From: Callorhinchus milii
Taxonomy: Eukaryota
Assembly (NCBI RefSeq): GCF_018977255.1
Contig: NW_024704742.1
Span: 54,810,001-54,874,000 of the forward strand
Direction: 5' to 3'
DNA: 64,000 nucleotides
Below the pieces are notes generated by a model. The model searched no databases, was not told where the DNA came from, and was given only the letters and a program-made list of their open reading frames with translations. Shown here piece by piece: positions 25,790 through 38,880 of the stretch; position 1 is the stretch's first letter; each line of letters starts with the position of its first letter. The translations under genes and the position numbers were made by a program.

Positions 25790-26750
25790 AATTAAGGAGA
25801 TCTAACCGAGATCTTCAAAATTTTGAAAGCTGTTGGGAGGATAGATAGTAAAAGAGTATTCTGTTGCTTGGTAAATCAATAACAAGAAGGCATTATCACT
25901 TGGAGGATTCTTAGAACATAACATATTTTGCTATTAAGGCTGAGATCATAACAAGATAATTTGATAAACATTTAAAGAGTAGAACATAAAAGTTAGTGTA
26001 TGTGGAAGAACAGAATTTGGATTAAAATATTTGTCTCTACTAAAGCCAGTGTGATAAAAGGCTTGATGGGTCAAGTGGCCTCTTGTGCTGTACATTCTAT
26101 GGTTTCCCCTAGGAAGATAGTCAAAAGTTGGTCATCTGACAACTGACCAGCACAGGTTTGAGTTCTTGCTGGATGAATAACTGGTACAAAGAACTTCTCC
26201 CAAGCAATGTGGTGAGCATTGTAGTTGCATATACAATGTATGTTACCACCATCCTTCAGACACAGTCATTCGAACGTTGACATTACACCAGTTTTAGCAG
26301 TAGTCTTAAATTACCAATGAGTTAGAAAACAGGGACATTGCCCTTCTTGCTATTCTGTATAATGCTATATAGTTTACATTTTTTCCTCTTGTATAAAAAA
26401 TCATCTCCTTTGGATTCGTTGTTCCATCTGCTATTTTTTGGGCTAAGAGGGTTCAGACCAATTGGAGACACAAGGTTAGAAGTAAGATCAGAAAACATTT
26501 CTTAAAGTTCATGAAAATGTGGAATAGATTGCCAAGAAGTTCATAAGGACAGAACCAATTGGGATTTTTGAAAGGGATATATATATATTTGTATAGAGAG
26601 AGAGAGAAAGAAAGAGATATAGATACTTGGTAAGTAAAGTAATAAGGGGTATGGGCAAATGTTAGGGAAATGGAACTAAAATTTCAGTAACGTTCTAATT
26701 TACTGATAGATCACTGGATTACATAGTCCCCTCCTCTTCTTGTGTCCTTA
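25790..26750 (+). mobile_element. two degraded CR1 3' fragments
   Basis: ggagatctaaccgagatcttcaaaatt (GDLxExFKI) and aaggttagaagtaagatcagaaaacatttc..gtggaatagattgcca are CR1 C-terminal motifs with CR1-type tails. Confidence 0.55.
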
Positions 26751-27216
26751 ATAGTGTCACACTTTCTATCTCCTTTTTTTTCCATGATAGAAGTGTCTTA
26801 GTCTTTCCCTATTAGTTTAGAAGAGAGAACTTTCACATAAAGATTAGCTGTCATAAACTTGTGTGGTACCTCTGGGGAGTTATATTTGTACACCAATGTG
26901 ATGCACAGATTATTGTTGGAATATTAAATACTGCCTTGTGAACTTTGGTGGAAAGAAGCATAGTTAAATTTGGGGCACATCTTGTAATTTGACCCAAGCT
27001 TGTATTTATTTATACATTAGTATACAAACTGGTGAAAGCTATTAGGTACAAATGTGGTGTTTTTTTAAAAAGGTTTTAAATACTTGTTTTAAGGAAATCT
27101 CTTGAAATGATGATTTCTTTCAACTGTGGTTTAGTTTATCATGTTTTTGGAATTTTCACTGTACCCATTTGATAATATTTAAATTTACAATAATTATACT
27201 GTATCAAACTCTGCAG

Positions 27217-27315
27217 GTACTAAAAAAAGATTCCCCAGATCAGAATGCAAACAGAAGCTACTGGGATATACTGAGGCGTAACACCAGCCAAGCACTTTTT
27301 TCAAACCTTGTAGAG
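27217..27315 (+). CDS. MICU3: MICU3 coding exon, 99 nt, VLKKDSPDQNANRSYWDILRRNTSQALFSNLVE
   Basis: Acceptor ctctgcag, donor gtacag, phase 0/0. RSYWDxLRRNTSQALFS is a MICU3 signature. Confidence 0.93.
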
Positions 27316-29284
27316 GTACAGAAAGACGTTTGTCAAGTGACAAAGCTGGGAGTGTTTCATTTAATTTGATGTAGTTCCAAATGTGTTTTTACTCTCATTC
27401 CAGATATTGTGGTTTTAATTTCAATTTTTGTTTTTCACTCTTCCAATAACAAAAAAAAGTACTTTAGAATGCTTTAACATGAATCCATTTACACTAGTCA
27501 GTTATTACATTTATTTTAAGGATTGGTACTAATTTCTCAGCCTATATCAGTGATAACCATGAAGTGGACAATTCTTGTCTATCTAAAACCACCTACTTGC
27601 TTTCGCTTGCAGTGTTGAAGACATACCCAAACCTCCAAATTTCCTTTAATTATTGTGAACTCATTGGATGCACTGTGAGGTATCTCTCAGGAATCATGTC
27701 AGCCCAAGGGAAACCCTGTCAATCTTCACTTTCCTTACCACCACCAACCCCCACCCCCCCCACACACACACCACACACCTGAACATATTTTGAGATGGAG
27801 TATTCATTTTATCAACTTTAAAAGAGTGATAAACTCTCAGGGTCAGGATGAATGCTGAACCAACTAAGTTACGTAAAATAATTGCTGTTTGGGACGTGCA
27901 ATGGCAGGTCTTCCGGTGCTCACATATAAGGTATGCTTTATGAAGACATTTGCAATTTACCAAAGATTGGTAAGTTCCCAATCTGATATACCACTGGAGA
28001 GAAATGTAGAACAAACAAGCAACTAAACATTCATGAACATTGGAGAGTTTTCTGAGGTATTGAAACAGTTTCGGAAAAGAGGCAGAAAGAACAACTTTAG
28101 TATTTAGCATTTCACGACAGATTATGAGTAACCAGAAAAGGGTGATTGCCTGGACCGTAATTATATAATGCTGCCCACCAGGATGTTTCTGGTATCCTCT
28201 ACTAACCTAGTAAAGATTCAAAACTCTGCTTGTCAGATGTCAAATGACCAACCTGTTACTAACTTGCTTGTAGCTGAGTTAGCTCCAAGGTGATGTTCAT
28301 GGCAATGAAATGTCGAAATCAAGTCAGTCCTCTGTGGCAGTCTCGGTAATGTGGATTCATGTTAAAGTATTCTAAAGTCCTCTAAGTCTTTGCTGATGAT
28401 AGACTGACCCTGCTGGTCGGCAGGTTTTAGAAGGGCAGTCAGAAGGAATATCAAATGTAAGGATGATGATTATTATCTCCGGGAAGCTACCTCGTGTGAA
28501 GGGCGCTATAAAAATACAAGTTGTTATTATTATAAGCCTGATTTATAATTCCGGATCCTATTTGGAATGGATGAGATTCAGATATTGATAGAAGTATTAT
28601 TATTCAAATAATAATAATTACAAGTCAGTGAAAGCCCCCAAAAACCCAGATTTTTTTTAACTCAAAGATTGCGAAAAATAAAACCCAACAAATTAATTTT
28701 TTAAACACACATTTTAAAACAGATGCCTTAGGTGTAGTGCATGTCTTGCATAGATGTCACAGCACACATTCAAACTTGAATTGTGTTTTTCAGTGATGTG
28801 AATGAGTTCGGATGACTAGAAATTGCTACAGATTTATTTCATTGGAAACAATGTATAATATTTTTCTTTGAATATCAAATATACAGACACAGTCAGCAGC
28901 TGCTGGTTTTATAATGTTAAAAATAATGAAGTACTGCACACATCTTATAATAAGTGAAATAGATACACCTGTAATTTCCTTTGACATCAAGAACTACATC
29001 TTCAATGAACATGAATGCTCTGCCAAAGACTGGTTGAAAAAGTGATGCGCATTGGGTATTTTCTAATAATTGTCAGTTCTTTATTCTGTTACATCATTGT
29101 CCTCTCCCCTTCCAAATCTAGCTTAAGTGGAGATGAATTCCTGCTTTTATGTTTTGTAGCTTAGCTTTGATTTTAGTGAAGTGTAACCATCCTTCATGTA
29201 AATATTTTGTACTACTTTTCTCATACATAAATATTAAAAGTGTAACCTTTTAAAAATAAATCATGCCTATCTCTTTTGTTCCAG

Positions 29285-29379
29285 CGTATAGAGGACAGTT
29301 TCATTGTTGACACTACACTTCTTGTACATTTTTTTGGAAGAAGAGGAAAGGCTGAGCTTAATTGTGATGACTTTTACAG
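29285..29379 (+). CDS. MICU3: MICU3 coding exon, 95 nt, RIEDSFIVDTTLLVHFFGRRGKAELNCDDFY(R)
   Basis: Acceptor tttgttccag, donor gtaagt, phase 0/2. DTTLLVHFFG..GKAELN is conserved. Confidence 0.96.
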
Positions 29380-29830
29380 GTAAGTCATAAATTGAAATAA
29401 CTTCTTAACTTGATTGACTATTTTTCACCTGTTTAATTAATTACTTCGGACTTAAATACAACAAATTCAGCATTGTTTGTGTTTCACTGCAAACCATCAT
29501 GTATTAGAATCTCATGACTATTAAATGTGGAACAATACCATGGAAAGTGTTTAAATACCTTAAATGTATTTAATATTGTGTTACTTTTAAACTGATGGTC
29601 TATCCTTGAATAATAGTAAACTGGGGAGGATAAGAAATGACTGTAGTAGCTGTAACTCAGTAAAAAAAAGTGCTGTCATCAATAAAAAAATACATTCCTT
29701 AAAAAAATTACACTTTCGAGGGAGTTTACGCTATTGTACCACATCAAAAAAAACGTTTTAGTTGCAAAACAGCATACATAATATACTGCTTATGTTGTTT
29801 ATCTTTCAATATTTGTGTCAATTTTTTTAG

Positions 29831-30002
29831 GTTCATGGACAATTTACAAACAGAGGTTTTGGAGACTGAATTTCTTTCATATTCCAAAGGAATGATCACT
29901 ATTAGTGAAGAAGATTTTGCTCGTACTCTACTGCGATATACAAATGTAGACAACATAAGCAGTTACCTGGAGAATGTTCGTCAAAGAATTCCTGAAGACA
30001 AG
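29831..30002 (+). CDS. MICU3: MICU3 coding exon, 172 nt, (R)FMDNLQTEVLETEFLSYSKGMITISEEDFARTLLRYTNVDNISSYLENVRQRIPEDK
   Basis: Acceptor tttttttag, donor gtacag, phase 2/0. Visible in ORF 29835..30047. Confidence 0.97.
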
Positions 30003-31199
30003 GTACAGTATTTGCCATTAGACTTGTGTTATTCAAACAAAGATTAAATCAACTTGACAAGTAACTCATTTTGGAGACAAATTGCACTTTTTAAACCTTA
30101 GGCTGCCTTAGTTGATATTCGGAAGCTCCTGTCTCGGTAAAAGTGCCAAGGGTCTATTAGTTCTGCAAATTTTCAGCTTATGTACAGAAATACTGGAGAA
30201 AAAAGAAATTGTAGAATTAAAGTTTTTCATACGTTAAGCTATCTGTATCACTGCAACATTGGCATAAACCCTTTGAAATAAATCCCCTCAAAAACTAAAC
30301 ATTTAAAAAATCCAAGAGCAAATTGCTTTGGGAAACATCTGCACACTTCTTCGGAGCCAGTTACCAAGTTTTATGGTGGAGGTCTGGGAGCGGGTTGTAC
30401 ACCTTCTAGTCCAGAATATCAGTTTGGGCTCCCAGAAAAAGAAAACATTGAATACAACTCTACAAATTTAAATTAATCTTTTAAAATTCATATATAGTTC
30501 CTCTAGAATATTTTCATTCAAATTAATGAAAATTATTTTTTGTTTTTCGAGCATCTCACACATAGTATCTCATCCTTATTATCCTTTGAAAGGAAAAAAA
30601 CATGCATCTCTTCTTTTCAATTTATCTAATTCTTTAATTTCCCATTATAGAGTTATTGGTGGAAGGTTATTGCTGGGTGAGTGACTCTTATCAGTAGGTG
30701 AAATATTTTGAAGGAATTCAGCAGCTAAGAATGCTGAAGAATCGTATAGCTCATCCCTTCAATTGTGATAACAGATATCTGTTATCAGTGGAGTATCTGA
30801 GCAATAGAAGAATCTGGTGGTAGATAAATGCATCAGTGCAAATCAATAGAGCTGGTGTTACAACTAATCCCTAGACTTGGGATGTTTTGGATTTATTCCT
30901 GTCTGTTTTTGTTTATGTAAGGATCAGGCTAATCTATCTTGGAAAAATGTGCAAACAGTTTGATTTTCTTTAAATTGCTGCACTTTAACAACATTGACAG
31001 TTAAACTTGTGAAACCAGAAAATTCTCAGTTTACTTTACCCTTCAGACAACATTACCTACAACACTGTCGAACTTCAAGATTTCCCAAATACTTAGTCAG
31101 ACATTTTGAAAGGTAATCCCATCTGCCTGTTCAGGTGAACGTTAAAAATCCCATTGAAAAGAGAAGGGAATTTCTTCCCAGTGTCCTGGTTAACAATCC

Positions 31200-32140
31200 C
31201 TCATTCACTCATAAAAATTTACAGCACAGAAAGCAACCATTTGGCCCCATTGTTTTTATGCTGGCTTTTTTAACTAGCAATCTTTTCAGTCCAATTTACC
31301 AGCCTTTTCCAAATACCCCTGTAGTTTAGTCCTTTCTGGATTAGTGTTCCTTTTGAAAGCTAATATGGGTCCTGCCTCAACCCCTGCTTCCGGAAGGACA
31401 CTCTTTAACAATTTTGGGCATGAAAAAGAGTCTCCTAATCTCACCATGTTCTCCATTTCCAAATTTAAAAATTTGTTGTAATTTCTCATTTGCTAGCTGT
31501 CTTAAATTAATGCCTTTTAGTCACTGACTCACTGACCAGTGGAAATAATTTCTCCCTTTTGACACCATGAAACACCCTCATAATTTTAAAGACCTATCAG
31601 GTTACCCCTCAATCGCTTTTATTCCATTGGTCAACCTCTCATCCCTGGTATTATCCTAGTAAATCTCCTATGCACCCTCTTTATATGACCACACTCTGGA
31701 ACTCCATCCCACAGTCCCTTCGCCTCGCTTCCTCCCTTGCCTCCTTCAAGGCCGGTCTCAAGACTCTCCTCTTCGATCGTGCCTTCAGTTGCCCTCCCAC
31801 CTCTCTGCCTTCCCTCACCTCTACCCCACCCTTCCCCCATGCTCAGGTCCTGACCCCAGACTGCCAAGTGCTTTAGGACGTCCTCCCATCATGAAAGGCG
31901 CTCTATAAATGTAATTTTGTTGTTGTTGTTGACCTTAACTTCCTTTCTAAAGTGAAATGACTACAACTGGATATATCCTAACTAACAAATTATTAGTTTA
32001 ACATGGCCTCTTTGGTTTTATATTCTATACCTCATTTTATACAACCTAGGATTTCATTTGCTTTCTTGACCACTTTGTCCACCTGTTTTCCCACCTTTGA
32101 TTTATGTATGATAACCCCTAGGTCCCTCTGCTCTTCCACA
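31200..32140 (-). mobile_element. CR1 3' fragment interrupted by a plus-strand L2 3' end (about 31685-31930)
   Basis: Minus ORFs give EEQRDLGVIIHKS..VVKKANEILGCIK and VHRRFTRIIPGMRG. The insert reads LWNSIPQSLRLASSLASFKAGLKTLLFDRAF and ends in a (TGT)n tail. Confidence 0.75.
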
Positions 32141-33898
32141 CTTCTTGATGGCTGCTTGTGGGACATTGTGCACAAATTGGCTTTGCTGTTTGCCAACAAA
32201 ATACAGTCAATATAGTACACAATAAATCCTGTGAAGCCTTTGTGACGTCTTGAAAACATGATGAGGAGCTATATCAAATGTAAGGATTATAAAAACGTCT
32301 CTGTTTGGTTAAAAGACAAACAGCTCACACTATCAGTCTTCAAATTAATTTGCTCCAATGCAAATTTGGAGTAGGAAATTTAGTTGCGTTTATCATTTTT
32401 CTTATTATTGTTAATTGTGATGATGGCGGGGATGAGGAATCATTCTGCAGCATTGAACAGTAATATCAGATGTCCCACATTACCCCTTGTAACCCATTAA
32501 CAAACTTAGCTGAGTTAATGCTAATGCAAATTAAGTAAATAAAGTAAATGAAAGATCTACACCAAAGCAATTTTGCAAGTCTTTTCACAGTCATTTTAGG
32601 AAGAAGATGGGATAAGATCTTACCAGCATGCAGTTGAAATGATGTTTGGAAGAAACCTAATGACTATTTTAAAAAAAGTGAAAAAATCGTCTTTTTAAAA
32701 AAAGTCCTTTTTGTTTAGGTTCTTCACAGGAGCACAAGAGAGGTTCAAATTCAAATGAAGAAAGCCCTTTGGCCTATTTGATCTCATCCTTCCAAAATAC
32801 TTACGTTGAAACATTGATTATTATTGCCCACAGTGTTTTTTTTATACACTATGCAGTGAAAGAAATATTATATAATTTGTAAACATTTAATTTTTAATAC
32901 AGTTGCCACTGTCATTGCAATGTTAATGGAATCATTACCACAAAAGGCTATTTCCTTAATAGAATCATTCAAAAGGGAATTGGATAAGCACATGAGAAGT
33001 TTAAAAATATTAAGGTATATGTGGAAAGCTGGTATATGGGGAAAGCTGGTAGATGGGGAAAGATGATATATGGGGAAAGCTGATAAGAAAGGACAATTTA
33101 GAAAAAACAGAGGTAGCAGTGGTATTGACAAGATGAGCCTAATGCTCACCTCTTGTGCTGAAGATTTCTGTTCCTATGCCAACACTCATATTTTTAGATC
33201 CTTTCCTACAAGTATAGTTTGCTCATCGTGTTCCTTAATGACACCAAAAACCTAGAAATTGGCTGCTTTGCCTTCAATTTGCAGTGTATTTTATGTTGTC
33301 TCATTTTATTATGAAAATATTTTTAAAGTTATTTTTACTTTTGTTTATAACAGGCAACAAACTTAGAATTTAATTACCTTTCTCGGCTTCAGAAGTAGCA
33401 GGTGTAGTTGTGCAATGTTCTAAAGGTTACGATTTGTAGACTTTCATCGATAAATCTTTTATTTGGTGTCAAAAGTCAAGAGATCTGTTTCAAATGGTTA
33501 TATTTATAGACACTAAAAGTTGCCTGAGTGCTGTAAGTAAACGATTGGTACTTGGCACTCATTAAAGTGTTTTTTTCCCCTAAATTTTGTTTTAGTTGAT
33601 TTGTGTGAAAAGAAGCCATAAAGAATCCTTGACCTGATCTGCTGACCTTCAGAGATGTTTCACTCTTTGTGAGTGATCATCAGGTCAAGTATTAACCTAC
33701 TATTGCTTGGTCATATCACACATGAAGTGTTAGATATTGAAGCAGAGAGTAATAAATCAAATATAATACCCTATCAGTTGTAATTAACTACCTCTTAATT
33801 GGCACCTATGTATTACTTGAACCATATAATGTTTCACATGACATCTTAAATGTAAGCACTAGATTACGTATGACATGCCATTATTATTTGCATTATAG

Positions 33899-34007
33899 GG
33901 TATCACTTTTGATGAATTCAGGTCTTTTTTTCAATTTCTGAATAACTTGGAGGACTTTGCCATTGCAATGCAAATGTATAATTTTGCAAATCGCTCAATT
34001 GGGCAAG
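33899..34007 (+). CDS. MICU3: MICU3 coding exon, 109 nt, GITFDEFRSFFQFLNNLEDFAIAMQMYNFANRSIGQ(D)
   Basis: Acceptor cattatag, donor gtaagt, phase 0/1. Close match to MICU3. Confidence 0.97.
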
Positions 34008-35182
34008 GTAAGTTAAGAGACTGCTGCTGTATTTCAGATTGTTTTTTTAAAAGTATGAATGAAAGTAGAAATTTGCTTTGCTCACAAAGCATATTCAGCT
34101 TATATATGAAGTTTTGTTCACTAAATGAGTCATGTAGTGTATGAACATTTAGGCTAATAGCATGATTTTAACAAATATAATGCAAATCGTTTTGTTGCAA
34201 TTTAGCAACATCTTCAAAACGGAGTGAATTGCTTATTTAAAAACCCTGATAGAAAATATTAACCTTTCAATAGATAGTGATTTTTTTTTAAAAAGTGAAT
34301 ATGTTACATAGAATAATGGTAGCTGGCAGAAGTTTTCAATAACATTCAAAACAACAACAACTTAACTTATATAACACTCCTCACGCAAGGTAGAATCCCA
34401 GAACGCTTGACCTCAAGCAGTAGATTATGAGGTCAACTGAATTGCAAGATTGAATTACTTAAACTCACCTGGAGGCATTTTTGTTATTATTTTCAAATTA
34501 TTTAGGTATCTTAATGTTAAATGGTTGTGCTAAATGAGATAAATAGAGGAATTTAATGGTAATCAAAATGCTGATCATAATGATCTCGGATATGATAATA
34601 TGTGCCATCATCACTTTAATAATATGAGTTTGGGCTAGAAAATCATAAAGGAATATACTGCAGATAATCAAATAATTGATATTTATTGCAGACAAATATC
34701 AAACAGTTCATTTATATAATTAGTAAACATTGGAACTGAAGTCATTAATAATGCTAGAGAGATTATTCAGATCTTCTTTGATAAGATCCAGCACCTTGGG
34801 ATGTCCTCCCGGTATATGTAATTTTATATTGTATCATTACTTCTTACGATCATCTTTTCTTAGACAGTGTGAGTGTGTGTTATAATTTGATTTTAATGTA
34901 TAATAAACTACTTCCTCGTTGAAACCAGCAGTAACTTTACGATGCTCATTAATTTAACTCAAATTTCATTGAGTTGCACAAGATTTTAATATTTATTTTA
35001 TAAGTATTGATTAATAATCTGCAAATAACTTGATTTCTTTTCTAGAGGTGTTTTAATGTTGTTTCTAATTTGAATTTGTAAATAACAGTTAAGCCTTTTT
35101 GATTGTGTTAATTTATACTGATCAGTTACTTATTAGAAAAGTATTTTATCACTTTTCACTCCCTTTTGACATGTTTCCACAG

Positions 35183-35340
35183 ATGAGTTCAAGCGTGCTG
35201 TATATGTAGCCACAGATCTCAAACTTTCTCCACATTTGGTCAATACAGTCTTCAAGATCTTTGATGTAGACAGAGATGATCAGCTAAGTTATAAGGAATT
35301 CATTGGTATTATGAAAGATAGGCTTCATAGAGGATTCAGG
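35183..35340 (+). CDS. MICU3: MICU3 coding exon, 158 nt, (D)EFKRAVYVATDLKLSPHLVNTVFKIFDVDRDDQLSYKEFIGIMKDRLHRGFR, C-terminal EF-hand
   Basis: Acceptor tttccacag, donor gtaagg, phase 1/0. EF loop DVDRDDQLSYKE. Confidence 0.97.
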
Positions 35341-36329
35341 GTAAGGGTATCATTGTATAAAAGATTAATGCTGAAATGCTTTGGAAGTGTGTATGTCCTT
35401 ATCTTTATAGCTTAATAGGTGATAATTACCTCAGTGTCTTGCAATCAGCAGAAGATCATTACATCTTTAATGCATTTGAAAAGAACTGGAATGTCAAGCA
35501 CGTGTAATTGAAGTAAACAGTAGCACCAGTGCAGGTCTTGGATTAGTCCAGTGTTATCTCAAACCTCTATTTAATGTTTAAACTTTCAAGGATACCTTTA
35601 TATGGTCTTGTCGCTAGTTAGTGACCAGTTTCTTCAAAACGATCTTCCGTCTGTTGAAAACATGACTTATTTAAAATCAATTGGTGATATAGTACCTAAG
35701 TAAGAGTTCAGAACTGTGTTCAGTGGTTTTCCAACCAGGAAATCTGACTTGTTAATTTCTTTAATTTCTTTAACAAGTCAGTAATATGTCTAATATCAGT
35801 TATCTCTCTAGTTATTCGTGTTCTACAGCTGCCAGTACCAACAATTTCGACTTTCCACAAACCTTGTTCTGTTCCTGCAGCATCAGTGTCTGATTTCCTA
35901 CTTTATAAAAATGGTGTGGGAAAATCAAATCCACTTCACCCTCCTATAGAATTCAAATCTTATTCTTCATCTCCTTTTGAATTTTTGAAGTAAAAATATA
36001 TAGGAGCACTTTTTGTTTGATGTGTGCTAACAAGAAATAGAGAAAAATATTTATAAACAAACTCTTTTTGTATAGCTAGGAATTCTTGTTTTAATATCAT
36101 ACCTAAAATCTGCCTTATTCTGCGTTAGGCCATCAATCTAAAGAAACGCATAGCACCGCTTAGTAACCTCTTGTACTACCAATGAGGTTTCTACTGACTG
36201 AAGAGAACAAATATAGTGTAATGCCCACCTCACCTGTGCAGGCAAAGAAATACTGTTTTAATATGCCAAAGGTATATTAATGTATATTAATGTTTGTTCT
36301 GACACTTCATATGCCACTTTGTTTGCATA

Positions 36330-36920
36330 TTTAGTTTGATATGGTCACATAGCCCACATCACCAAGTATCCACTCATCCATTCTCTTGGCTCCATGGTAA
36401 TGAAAACATGCAAAGCATCACGTGTCTCACCAGGATATTTTGCTTTAATGAAAATTATCCTGCACTGGCGATCACCTACGTTTTGCATATTGATGAAGTC
36501 GAACTCTTTGAGGTTAATAAAAGGCAGGACAGCATTGACTGGAACAACTTGTATAATCAATGATTGCTTGGACCTCAGGATTCCTCCAATCTCAAAAACG
36601 ACCTTTACCCATTTTACTTGCATTTGGTGAAATGAATGTCTGTTAACCCTCCTTTTCACAACTTCTGCAACTTGCAATTGACTGAGGATTGGCGGATGCC
36701 AGCAATGTCTCTAATTGTGTCGAGAAACTATAAGTAGCAACAAAAAAAAAGATTCAGTGAGGCAGTTACCTTAAAGTTACGCAGATCTCACTTAAAAGAC
36801 GACACAATTCAGTCATTGCCTCAGAAGTCAGGTGAAGCCTCCTAATGCATTGATCATCAGTCATTTTCAGGTAACTGGATCTTACCTTAAAACATGGTCT
36901 TTGTTTCTGTGTGTCAGCAT
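36330..36920 (-). mobile_element. PIF/Harbinger transposase relic (HARBI1-like DDE fragment)
   Basis: Minus ORFs: RSSYLKMTDDQCIRRLHLTSEAMTELCRLL (N-terminal) and FINLKEFDFINMQNVGDRQCRIIFIKAKYPGETRDA..SGYLVMWAM. These align by eye to the Harbinger motifs NRKGFHSINVQ.VCD...ARYPGSxHD and GDxGYP..WLM. Disrupted. Confidence 0.8.
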
Positions 36921-37596
36921 GTCCTGACCTCTCTATGCTGCTTGCATACTGTGGCCTTCTTATGTTTTTTTTTTGCTTCTCACCAACAAATAACCTCAAG
37001 GAGGATGGAGTATGTGAGTAATTGGAGTCTCCCCGAGCTGAACTGGCATTCGGGAGATACGTCTGCAAAACCAGGCTGGCTCACAGTAATTCAAGGCATA
37101 CCTGGGACATAAACATATCCTCAACTCTGCAAGACCAAAGCTCTTAACGTGGAATGATTCTAGCTGTATAAATTGCAAGATAAAAAAATTATACACCAAC
37201 AGCTGCTATTAGCATTGATTTTGAATAGTAATAGAAAGGTGCTTTTTCAGAGCTACACAGCTTCTCTGCTTTGCCATGATTTATCCTCACCAGCAGCACA
37301 ATTGCAGTCCATATGAGGAGAGGGAAATTTGAATATGGAATGGCAGCATTCATAATGACTGGTTAATTGGCTTGAGAGTGTTCTGTGATGCCAACAGCTT
37401 CACCAGGTAAAATATGGGTAATGCTGAATAGTATGCTATTTACTACATGTTAAGAGTACACAGATACAAACCCTAAATGCCCTTACAGTTCTGTAATGCG
37501 TAGTCTCACCAACAAACAGCAACTGTTGTAGAATTTGTTTAAATTTTTACTAATTAGATTTGTATAAGATGTTGGTGGTGGTCTTGAGGAGCGCAG

Positions 37597-37692
37597 CTGT
37601 AGTGGTGAACTGAAAGAGAAATGTAGTAATGTGGGGCATTGAGGGAAATGTAGTAAAGTGGGGGCATTGAGGGAGATGTAGTAATGTGGGGA
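37597..37692. repeat. minisatellite, ~27-28 nt unit ATGTAGTAATGTGGGGCATTGAGGGAA, about 3 copies
   Basis: Direct tandem units are readable in the sequence. Confidence 0.85.
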
Positions 37693-38224
37693 CAATGGTC
37701 TTGAGACATTGAAGTCTAGCCTGATTTGGATCAGTCCTTTTCAAGCTTTCTTGAGAAAGTCTAGTAAAATTGGCATTTTATGACTGTGTATAAACTTTGA
37801 TTTAATTCCTTGCTATTAAATAAATTAGGCCATAACCTAGAAACTGAAGATATTAGAAAAGCTAATTAATAAATGCTAACTAAAACGAGTCCTTCAAAAT
37901 AATTTGAATTCATAAATTTTTCATTCCCTTAAGACTTGGACGATGTGTCCTGAGGAATTATTCACCCCTAACGCTTTCTTTTTGTAGCGATGTAGCAATC
38001 AACCTACTAATAGCCTGGAGATAACCGCTAATCCTTTGAACAGTAGATAGATAGTATTTCTTTAGAAAAATGTGAAACCTATTAATTGCACAATTTTTGC
38101 CAATATTTTAATTAAAAATTATTTGGTTCTATGCAGTTCTTTAATTTCAGTTCTGGCGCATCTTCAGAAATATAAGAATCTTCAATTTTAACTTTGTTCC
38201 ATGAATTTTTCTACATTTAGTTTG

Positions 38225-38880
38225 GTCAGCTGGGTGTCTGACATGCGAAAACCCATCACCATTATTAAGAGTATCCAAACTGGACAGTTTTACAAATTCA
38301 TAACTACATAAGGATGTTTTGCCCACAAAATGCAGTCAATCCACTTTACAGTATATCCTGTGAAGCTCTTTGAGATGCTTTGACGACGTGAAAAGGCTCT
38401 GTATTGATGCAAGAATTATTATTGTATGTTTCCCTTTGGAATGGAGTGCTCACAATTTCTACTGGAAAGATGCACCCTGCTTATTTAATTCTGCAAATAA
38501 ATTAGGGATAAATTGGCAAGAATCAAGGTTTGGGGACTTAGAATGTTCATTGACTTACTAAACTTTAACCATGTTTGCTATTGTGAATACGGTCTGGCAA
38601 ACTTCAAGGTGAGGACTACTCTACCCATTAGGGCTTTGGCCTGCAGGTTGAATAGAAGCTGAGTGGTAGGAATCTCTGCCCCCAACAATTGGCTGCATCT
38701 CCAAGTTCTGCTGACACCAATATAAGTACTTCAGACCTACCTGGGTCAGGAAGCAAATTACTGAGACCACCACAGAAGATCGACTCAATTCCAATATTCT
38801 ATTGTCCAGCAGCTCACCTTAGTGCCAGCTCAGCCTCCGAGGACACATCTCATAAATGCTCCTTTCCTCCCCCCTGATGG
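38225..38880 (-). mobile_element. 3' end of the unclassified LINE family (copy 4), interrupted by a SINE tail at about 38315-38425
   Basis: gtgtctgacatgcgaaaacccatcaccattattaagagtatccaaa and ctacccattagggctttggcctgcagg match the 3175 and 12700 copies. Confidence 0.75.

Noticed and set aside
37597..37692. ~28-nt direct repeats, superficially CRISPR-like
   Set aside because: Units are head-to-tail without unique spacers, in a vertebrate intron: an ordinary minisatellite.
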